From NCBI GenBank assembly GCA_905178155.1, contig CAJINV010000029.1, forward strand, positions 64,841 through 101,957: a stretch of DNA of 37,117 bases, given 5' to 3'. The notes below the pieces were generated by a model that saw only the letters and a list, made by a program, of their open reading frames with translations, was not told the origin of the DNA and did no database searches. This stretch comes from Amoebophrya sp. A120 (taxonomy: Eukaryota > Protista > Dinoflagellata). A program made the position numbers and the translations under genes. Positions 1 to 8,038 of this stretch are shown here, in pieces. The stretch's first letter is position 1; every line of letters starts with the position of its first letter.

Positions 1-394
1 TGAAGATGTATTGCATCGACACGATGCTACTGCGACTCGAAGAGTCGCATGAAGGAAAAGCTGTCTTGATGTTCCGCTCTGAAACAGAAGGAATCAATCC
101 AAATCAACAACAATGAATCCATTTTGAACAGCGATCCACAGAGCGAGTTTTGACTGTGGCAAGGAGGTGAAACATTTTGAATACCGATGGCACGACGGAT
201 CTTCTCTTGAACCCTTCTGGATTTCTTTGTGTGAGATAGCACCTATTTTCGATGTCTCGTAAGGAAAGATACGACTTGAATCATGTCAAAGAAGAAGAGA
301 AAGAAGCCAAATCCCGATGCCATTCGGTACACCTCCGGTCCTGTTCGCTCGCTCGATATCGATCACGCTGATCGTATGCCGACCCAGTTCTTCA
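1..394 (+). repeat. 5' LTR (394 bp)
   Basis: TGAAGA...TCTTCA inverted ends; direct repeat of 6977-7374. Confidence 0.96.
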
Positions 395-406
395 AGTTAT
401 GAGCCC
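395..406 (+). other. Primer binding site, copia-type (internal tRNAi-Met fragment)
   Basis: AGTTATGAGCCC directly after the 5' LTR resembles the GGTTATG(G/A)GCCC PBS of copia/Ty5-type elements primed by a half tRNAi-Met. Confidence 0.75.
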
Positions 407-637
407 GTTCACGTTGAACAGCAGAACGCAGAACTGCAGGACGGAGACCGAACCGCCAAACGCCAAGGCGGAGCGCATCAACGGGAAAACAGGCTATATT
501 TGTTGTTTTTAATGTGTGAATCGAAATTGAAAATCGCAAATTTGATAATGAAAAATCATGGAATCACGATCGGAATCGCGATGCAATAATGCGATGATCG
601 ATCTGAATCGCGATGGTGTTGGGGGAAGAGTAATGCG

Positions 638-691
638 ATCCGTGTACCACTTTGGAGCGGAATCGCAATCCGTGTACCACTTTGGAGCGGA
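638..691 (+). repeat. Tandem duplication in retroelement 5' leader (30-bp period)
   Basis: ATCCGTGTACCACTTTGGAGCGGA at 638-661 and 668-691. Confidence 0.9.
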
Positions 692-721
692 CCCCACATC
701 ATAAATACGGCTCAAGTTACC

Positions 722-3700
722 ATGGGTCGACCGCAAATAGCAGACTACGACACCGGTCTGCTAGTGTCATGCTACACACGACACGGCGGCAGCTTCACAG
801 AAGGAGCACTACGGGAACTGCAGAACCAGCCCGGATACGGAAGAAGAAACCTCGACTCCGTCAAGGTTGCCATCAGCAAGCAGCGCGGCAACAACAGGGA
901 GCTCGATGAACGACTGAAAGCAATCAAAGAATCCTTCCGCCGGCAGAGAGGACTACAACAACAGCAACCCGCAAATGCCATCCGACCGCCGATGCCACCG
1001 CAGCCGCAGATGCAGTTACAGCTGCAGCAGCAGCAAATGCCGATGCAGTTCCAGCATCAGCAGCAGCTACAGCAGCAACCGCCGATGCAGCTCCAGCATC
1101 AGCAACAACAGCATCCGGCTTATAACAGCATGGCGCAACAGCAACCGCAAGAAACAATACAACAGCTAGCACCAGTACAGGAAGCCCCACAGCAACAGCA
1201 ACAGCAGGACAACCAGCAACAGCAGCCGTTTTCGTTTCGCGACATAGCGACGCTGTTGTTTGCATGGTTGGGGGGATCTTTCGTTTTGCAAAACGGCGCG
1301 CAGCTGATCACCACGGTCACTGTCGCTGTTACGGAAGTTTTTCTCCTCGGGCTGATTCTGGCCATCGTGCTTTTCATCGGGTACTACGCGTTTCAAACAG
1401 TGAAGAAACTGCAACAGACCACGACTACACCAGCGCAGCAACCAGTAACCACCACCACACCGGCGCAGCAAGCACAACCAGCAAACACAGGCCTGCCAAC
1501 GGGACCAGCACAGCCGATCCCGCAGACCACGACCAGCTTGCAAACAGCTCCGGAACCTTTGTCACCGACAAGGGCGATGCCACAGGCACGACAGCAACTA
1601 CCGCTGCAGCAAAACAACAGTCACGGCTTCGAGCAGTTTCCGACCTTTGAACAAGTTTTTGAGCAAGTTCCTTCGCCGATGAATTCGCCAACGCGGGCAC
1701 GAGCCAGAGCAGACACCGAGCCAGCACCAAACCAGCTACAGCCCTACAATTCCCTTGCGGGGATGATTCAGCGACAGATGGGTCATCCGAAGCTCGTTTT
1801 CGAAACAACAGAAAAGACAGCGGAATCAGCAAGAGCTTGGGAAGAGTATGACGGACTGTTGGGAACAAGGCAGCACAGAGTTCGTTTTTTCGATCTCCAG
1901 ACCTGTTGCGCCCCAGTGGGATCGGTCGCGCACAACCTTCTGAACACCGCCAAAAACACGAAACAACCACACGACGAGGCGAGTTTTGAAGAGACGATCG
2001 ACTTTTTCTGGGAAGTACTAGCGGGAACCGACATAACCAGGAAGAAAGTTCGGAAGAAAACGAAGAAAGACTTGCAGTCTTTGAAGCTTCCGGCAGCAAG
2101 CGCCACAGAGACGCTTTCGAAGCAGATCACCAAATTCAGGGCAGAGTACCTGAATAAGTTCACCACAGCAACGAACGAAGGGGGGATCAGCTTCGATCTG
2201 ACGCAGAAGGGCGACGGCAGCGAGAACGAGCTGACCAGGCTTGCAAACAACGTTTTTCCGGCAACAATTCTAACAGCGCTGACCACCGAGGGCGTGAACC
2301 TAGCGAACGACGCAGAGCACTACAGCATCAAGGAGATGCTGGACGCGCTCGAGAGAGCAGCAGCAACAGAAGAAACCAAGGAGAACGCCACAGCAGGAGG
2401 AACAACGACCACCGCCGCCACCGGGGCGCCGCCGGCAGCAACGCAAACACCGGTCCAGACGCCGCTACTGGGGATGTACAACAACGTGATCCCGCAGTGC
2501 ATCCACTTTGCGAAAGGAAAGTGCACACGAGGAAACTGTCCTTACATGTATGGGGAACAAAAACCGCCACACAACCCCAAGCCGCAAGGAGGACAGAACA
2601 CAGGAGCCAACCAGCAAGGAAACGGGAACAAACAACAACCAGGGGCAGGCAACCAGACCGGAGCGCCGAACAAGGGAACAACGACAAAAGGACAAGGGAA
2701 AGGAGGAAAACAAAAAGGAAACGGAGGGCAGCGCGACGCGTGTCAGAATTTTTACAAATTCGGCACATGCAAGTACGGCGACAAGTGCTACTACGACCAC
2801 GTGCCAGGACCGGGCGCCAGCAGCAGTAGTAGTGGCGGGCAGCAGCAAGGACAAGGCAAGGGATGGCAGGGCCAGGGGCAGCAGCGCTCCTACCTGAACA
2901 CAGAACAACCACCACCACCCCCATCCGAGCCGCAGCAGCCGCTGTGTGTCCCTGCGCCGCCGTTGCAGCAACAGTTTCCGCCGCAGCAACAGTTCCAGCA
3001 ACTTCCTCCACCACCGCCGCAGCAACAGTTCCTTCCGCAGCAGCAGTTTCATCCGCAACAACAAATTCCGCAGCAACAGTTGAATCCGGCAGCAGCACCG
3101 TTCCTGAACCAGTCCAATTCCGCATTACCGATGCAGATGCCGACTGGGCCAGCAGTACTACCACCACCGCAGCAGCAAAATTCCAATTTTGTCCCACCGT
3201 ATATCCCGACCGATGTACACGCGGGGTTGATGTGCATCGAGGACGAGGCAACAGCCACCGACTTAGTAGTCGACGAGTCGGGAGAACTACACCCGCTGGG
3301 GGAGTTTCTGCAAAGCCACGCAGCTTTGGCAGATCCTACCGCACCGGCCCAGTGCAAGCTAGTCCGCATGTACATAGACAATTGCACGTCAAGAATGCTC
3401 CTGAACGACCTTTCAGTGATCTCCATCACCAACCACGCAGTCCATGCATTCGGGTCAAGTGATGGCAACACATTCAAGACATGCAACGACGGAACAAGTG
3501 AGTTTTTGTTGGGGAACGAGTCGCACGCTGTGAAGAACACGATCTTCAGACCAAACGGACCGAATTTGTATCCAAGTCATCAAATGAAGTCCGATTTCGA
3601 GATCTTAGACAGATCTACTGAAGGTTACCTGCAGAAGGGAGAGCGGATTTTTCCGGTCGAGAAGCGCAACGGACACGCCACGATCTTGCTACAGTTCAAG

Positions 3701-4615
3701 ATCCAGCCGACGAGTCTTCCTGCTATCGACCCGGACCAGTTGCAGCCAGCAGCACCAGTCCAGATACCGCAAACACAACCTGCAGCAAACCCAACAGCAA
3801 CCAGCACAACGCCGACCGACAACCAACAGCCACTACAAGTCTTCAGCAGCAACGCCGGCATTCTGGAAGCAGCAAAAGCAGAACTTGACCACCGCCGCGG
3901 AGGTCATGTAGGTTTTTATCCAGATTGCGAGACTTGTCTAGTGGGAAAAGCAGTAACCAAAGCGCACAACAAAACCACAAAAACAACAGCAAAGTCCTTG
4001 GGGGACGAAGTCGCAGTAGATTTCTGTGGTCCGACCACGCCGTCGATCACTTTAGCCGTCTACCTTCTTCTCTTCATCGACTTAGCAGTGCGAGTGAAGA
4101 TGGGTTTCTGTTGCAAAAACCGAACAGCCAGCACAGTAATCCAAGCAATTCGTATGTGGGTCAGGAGATTCGGCAAAATCACCTGTCTGCGCAGCGATGG
4201 AGCCAAGGAGTTCAAAAGCCACCCAGTTTGCGTCGAAGTAGGAAGAACTTTCACCACACCACCGCACGAACACGCCTGGCAGTCCTTAATCGAAATTAGC
4301 ATCCGCCACATAGTCAAGCACGCACGTATGACGTTATACGATTCGGGATTAGGAGTGTGTTTTTGGAGCTTCGCAGTGCTCTACGCGATCTACCTTCAGA
4401 GCAGACAACTACGCGGAAGTTTAGGCGTCACACCGTTCCAGGGGGCAGGTTTACCAGGAGACCTGACGCAGGCGCGAGTTTTCGGTTGTGTTTGTTACAT
4501 TCTCGAGCCGCGGGAATTACAGCACAAGCAAGACCGTTTTCTCGGGTGGACACACAAAGGACGTTTTTTAGGAATCTCCGAAGTAAGACAACAACTGCTT
4601 CTATGTTTATTGTGA
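722..4615 (+). CDS. gag-pol: Copia Gag-protease-integrase polyprotein (1297 aa)
   Basis: Q-rich Gag with a hydrophobic hairpin and CCCH fingers; protease-like MYIDNCTSRMLL; integrase HHCC (HRRGGH...CETC) and DDE core (VAVDFCGP, LRSDGAKEF, SLIE); RVFGC and GRFLG motifs. Confidence 0.9.
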   Translation: MGRPQIADYDTGLLVSCYTRHGGSFTEGALRELQNQPGYGRRNLDSVKVAISKQRGNNRELDERLKAIKESFRRQRGLQQQQPANAIRPPMPPQPQMQLQLQQQQMPMQFQHQQQLQQQPPMQLQHQQQQHPAYNSMAQQQPQETIQQLAPVQEAPQQQQQQDNQQQQPFSFRDIATLLFAWLGGSFVLQNGAQLITTVTVAVTEVFLLGLILAIVLFIGYYAFQTVKKLQQTTTTPAQQPVTTTTPAQQAQPANTGLPTGPAQPIPQTTTSLQTAPEPLSPTRAMPQARQQLPLQQNNSHGFEQFPTFEQVFEQVPSPMNSPTRARARADTEPAPNQLQPYNSLAGMIQRQMGHPKLVFETTEKTAESARAWEEYDGLLGTRQHRVRFFDLQTCCAPVGSVAHNLLNTAKNTKQPHDEASFEETIDFFWEVLAGTDITRKKVRKKTKKDLQSLKLPAASATETLSKQITKFRAEYLNKFTTATNEGGISFDLTQKGDGSENELTRLANNVFPATILTALTTEGVNLANDAEHYSIKEMLDALERAAATEETKENATAGGTTTTAATGAPPAATQTPVQTPLLGMYNNVIPQCIHFAKGKCTRGNCPYMYGEQKPPHNPKPQGGQNTGANQQGNGNKQQPGAGNQTGAPNKGTTTKGQGKGGKQKGNGGQRDACQNFYKFGTCKYGDKCYYDHVPGPGASSSSSGGQQQGQGKGWQGQGQQRSYLNTEQPPPPPSEPQQPLCVPAPPLQQQFPPQQQFQQLPPPPPQQQFLPQQQFHPQQQIPQQQLNPAAAPFLNQSNSALPMQMPTGPAVLPPPQQQNSNFVPPYIPTDVHAGLMCIEDEATATDLVVDESGELHPLGEFLQSHAALADPTAPAQCKLVRMYIDNCTSRMLLNDLSVISITNHAVHAFGSSDGNTFKTCNDGTSEFLLGNESHAVKNTIFRPNGPNLYPSHQMKSDFEILDRSTEGYLQKGERIFPVEKRNGHATILLQFKIQPTSLPAIDPDQLQPAAPVQIPQTQPAANPTATSTTPTDNQQPLQVFSSNAGILEAAKAELDHRRGGHVGFYPDCETCLVGKAVTKAHNKTTKTTAKSLGDEVAVDFCGPTTPSITLAVYLLLFIDLAVRVKMGFCCKNRTASTVIQAIRMWVRRFGKITCLRSDGAKEFKSHPVCVEVGRTFTTPPHEHAWQSLIEISIRHIVKHARMTLYDSGLGVCFWSFAVLYAIYLQSRQLRGSLGVTPFQGAGLPGDLTQARVFGCVCYILEPRELQHKQDRFLGWTHKGRFLGISEVRQQLLLCLL

Positions 4616-6593
4616 CGACGGGCAATTACGACATGGGAGACAGTGCAAGTTTTTAGAAGAACAGACCAGCACCAAGAGAGATCCAATAATCTTCCACAGC
4701 TTCGCCGAGTTAGAAGAACGACCAACAGTAACCGTGAGTGCGCTTGCACTCTTCGAGCAACGGACCGAGCCGCTTGCGAAGGTTTCCGACCTACAGATCG
4801 CAATGTCGACCACGTACCTCGCCCAGGGGTTTCGCGACGTAAATCCGGAGTTCGACGAGTTCGCACCAGTAACGTTTTTGCCAGCAGAAGAGGTAGCGTT
4901 CGCAACACAAAAAGTCAAAGACAACTACGACCGCACGGAACCACGATGGCAGCGAGCCATTGACCGACAGTGCGAACAAGTAGTAGCCCGACACGGAGGT
5001 TTGCGACCAGCAACAGACGCAGACTTCAAAGCACACTACGCGTACTACGGAAGAGGACCAATCACGACGCAGGTGATTTTGAAAGAAAAAGTCAGAGCGG
5101 TAGGTAGCGACGAACCAACAGAAAAAGCAAGGTTTGTAGCGAACGGAAGCCAAGTGAAAAGCAGACTGACCAGGAAGTTGGGGTCGACTGCGTCCGCGGT
5201 CAGTTGGCGGCTGACGCACAGCAAACTGCTGCACGCGCCGGCACGGGACGGCAAGCACCCGACAAAAGTAAACTGCGACGGCAGCGGTTCCTACTTCTTG
5301 TCCGACTACAAGTCCCCGAACGGAGAACCAGCGCCAGTCTTGCTTTTGTGCGAGGAGTTCGCGGTGAGGTTTGGCCAAAAGTACGCAGTACCAGCCAAAT
5401 CTTTGCCCGGTTTACAGTTTAGCGGGTACAGCTTCGAGGCCCACCGCAACAACGAACTGTATTCCGCCGGGTGGAAACGCTGCAAGCTCGACTACGGAGT
5501 TTTCACGTACCCAACCGGAAGCAAAGACGAGGAACACGAACAACAGCAAAAGAAGAGCAGCACAGCAGCAACACAATTCCGAAGGAATGACTGCGCTCTT
5601 ACGACTTGCGTTGACGACTTCGACTTCACGGGTTACGAGGCAGAGGAACGGTTTTTAGAACTACAGCACGAGTTGTGTTTACGCAAAGACCCACCAGCAC
5701 AAGTAGACCGCTGGTCAGGACACAGCTTCTGCAACTTACGCGCGTGGATCGACCAACATCGACAAGAGTTATTGTCTGACCAAGGTCCCTACGTTACCGC
5801 CGTCCTGCGACGATTTGGAGAGACAGGCTATAAGCCGAAGACACCAGGATGCGAACAGATCACGCAAGAAGCAGAGGAATCCCGACAACAAGTAGGAGGA
5901 TGCGCCCAGTACTGCAATGCTATATCATATCCGGAAATTTGTAACGCGTGCCGCGTTATCGCTTCAATTCCCGGATGCGACCAAGTAACACAACGGCGCA
6001 AGAAGATTCTTCGATACTTGCGGAATGACAGAGTCTTACGGTACACACGACAACAACCAGCAAAGCAACAGAGTGGACAAGAACAACAACCAGCAATCCA
6101 CTCCGTTGAAGAAAAAAGTTTTGTATCTCAGTCTGACGGTGACCACGCAGGATGCCGGCTGACGCGAAGATCCATTTCCGGTAGCGCGCACTTCCACAAG
6201 GGAAGTTGCATTCTTTGGAGAAGTCAGAAACAGCCTCTGATCGCACACAATCCGTTCGAGTCGGAAACAATTTCCCAGTGCCAGGCATACCGCGAAAACA
6301 GATGGATCCGACAGCTGTCGTCAACCATCCCGCTAGGAGAACAAGAGCCAGAGTCACAGGTAGGATTGATCCAGACAGACTCGCAGAGCGCGATCAATTC
6401 TGCTTCTTCCCCGGTACCAACACCCAACGGGAAGTACCTAGAGCTCCGCTACCTAGCGGTGCGCGAAGCAGTGCAAGCAGGACAATGCAGACTCGAGTAC
6501 CGCAGTACTAACGTGCTGGAGTGTGACGGCTTCACCAAGGACCTCACACACGACACGACAAGTTCGAAAAGTTTGCCAGGTCGGTCGGAGTAG
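4587..6593 (+). CDS. pol: Copia pol 3' part: integrase C-terminus, reverse transcriptase, RNase H
   Basis: Frame is open from 4587 (DNNCFYVY...CKFLE). RT motifs KARFVANG, KSLPGLQFSG, CVDD; RNase H motifs SDGDHAG, RRSISG, TDSQSAI, KYLELRY, DGFTK. Lies in the +1 frame relative to ORF1. Confidence 0.88.
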   Translation, partial: DNNCFYVYCDDGQLRHGRQCKFLEEQTSTKRDPIIFHSFAELEERPTVTVSALALFEQRTEPLAKVSDLQIAMSTTYLAQGFRDVNPEFDEFAPVTFLPAEEVAFATQKVKDNYDRTEPRWQRAIDRQCEQVVARHGGLRPATDADFKAHYAYYGRGPITTQVILKEKVRAVGSDEPTEKARFVANGSQVKSRLTRKLGSTASAVSWRLTHSKLLHAPARDGKHPTKVNCDGSGSYFLSDYKSPNGEPAPVLLLCEEFAVRFGQKYAVPAKSLPGLQFSGYSFEAHRNNELYSAGWKRCKLDYGVFTYPTGSKDEEHEQQQKKSSTAATQFRRNDCALTTCVDDFDFTGYEAEERFLELQHELCLRKDPPAQVDRWSGHSFCNLRAWIDQHRQELLSDQGPYVTAVLRRFGETGYKPKTPGCEQITQEAEESRQQVGGCAQYCNAISYPEICNACRVIASIPGCDQVTQRRKKILRYLRNDRVLRYTRQQPAKQQSGQEQQPAIHSVEEKSFVSQSDGDHAGCRLTRRSISGSAHFHKGSCILWRSQKQPLIAHNPFESETISQCQAYRENRWIRQLSSTIPLGEQEPESQVGLIQTDSQSAINSASSPVPTPNGKYLELRYLAVREAVQAGQCRLEYRSTNVLECDGFTKDLTHDTTSSKSLPGRSE

Positions 6594-6968
6594 TTCCACG
6601 ACCAAAAGAACTACAGGAGTACGCAAGCAAGCACTTCTGAACGCGACCTATCTACGATCTTCTATTACGAAAAGACGATGGATTTTTAACGGCAAGATCT
6701 TTCTAAACGTCAAGCACACCTTCGCAGAACGGAAATCGCAAATCGCATCTACGATCGCAATACCATCTACATTCAGTATCCAAATACACTGAAAAATAAC
6801 CAAAAACAGTACGACAGGGCCGCCCCGGCACAGCCGCACCACCACCACAAGGACCGACACAGACGGCACCACCGACACCAGCACGGCACAGCCGTTACCG
6901 GGCAAGCTTTCCTTCGACAAGCTACATCGACCTCTTCATCAAGTTCTCAACGATTTCGCTCGCCGAAC

Positions 6969-6976
6969 GGGGGGGA
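6969..6976 (+). other. Polypurine tract
   Basis: GGGGGGGA immediately before the 3' LTR. Confidence 0.85.
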
Positions 6977-7374
6977 TGAAGATGTATTGCATCGACACGA
7001 TGCTACTGCGACTCGAAGAGTCGCATGAAGGAAAAGCTGTCTTGATGTTCCGCTCTGAAACAGAAGGAATCAATCCAAATCAACAACAATGAATCCATTT
7101 TGAACAGCGATCCACAGAGCGAGTTTTGACTGTGGCAAGGAGGTGAAACATACATTTTGAATACCGATGGCACGACGGATCTTCTCTTGAACCCTTCTGG
7201 ATTTCTTTGTGTGAAATAGCACCTATTTTCGATGTTTCGTAAGGAAAAATACGACTTGAATCATGTCAAAGAAGAAGAGAAAGAAGCCAAATCCCGATGC
7301 CATTCGGTACACCTCCGGTCCTGTTCGCTCGCTCGATATCGATCACGCTGATCGTATGCCGACCCAGTTCTTCA
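6977..7374 (+). repeat. 3' LTR (398 bp)
   Basis: Differs from the 5' LTR by 3 substitutions and a 4-bp insertion. Confidence 0.96.
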
Positions 7375-7725
7375 CATACAGCAGGGCAATTATGTACTAG
7401 GTATCGGGTCGTACTAGAACTAACAGAAGAATGTCGTTTACTCGGAGTCGAACTAACAAAAAATAAAGTAAACCACTATATAATCTATAAACTTGAGAAG
7501 TCCGGTGACGCCGCAGACGCCGCTGCTAATTGTGTTATTACGAAAAAAAAATCCATTGTACGTGGCACAAGAAAAAGAACGATGAAAAAAAAGTTGTAAA
7601 TTTGTTGTATTTGATTTTTGCATACTTCACCGCGATAATTCGCGCACATACCGGGCGGACGAGATCATCCAGTTCATGCGATCGGGATAGGTAGGATAAT
7701 TGCTAAAAAATTTTTTGTTTTATCC

Positions 7726-7977
7726 TATCAAGTGTAAAAATGTCTGGGTCTGGAAGAATGCAAGTTTGTCATGCGTGTCTGGCATGACTCGAGATATCTG
7801 TGTTGCATAGGCACGAAAAGGCCCTCTTGCCTGTCATGCAAAAACGCAGTTTGTCATGCGGAATACGGAAGACATGGGAGCCAAAAAATTTGTCATGCAT
7901 AGCTGCGTATTGCAGTCCGTCTACCATTCACTTTTAGCATCACAAGTTTCCAGACCCAGACATTTTTGCATTTGATA
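7726..7977. mobile_element. Introner/MITE family A, probably in 3' UTR
   Basis: TIR TATCAAGTGTAAAAATGTCTGGGTCTGGAA...TTCCAGACCCAGACATTTTTGCATTTGATA; perfect TSD TATCC. Confidence 0.92.
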
Positions 7978-8038
7978 TATCCGTTACGCACCCCAAAGCT
8001 GCGAAGGAAAGCCGGCGCCAAGATCGCGTTCGGGATCA

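Larger units (their letters stand above)
1..7374 (+). mobile_element. Full-length Ty1/copia LTR retrotransposon
   Basis: Near-identical LTRs at 1-394 and 6977-7374 with TG...CA ends; PBS and PPT present; domain order gag-PR-IN-RT-RNaseH is copia-type. TSD cannot be checked because the window starts at the LTR (3' flank CATAC). Confidence 0.96.

Noticed and set aside
924-3540. Antisense ORFs within gag-pol
   Set aside because: Shadow frames of CAG/CAA-rich coding sequence.
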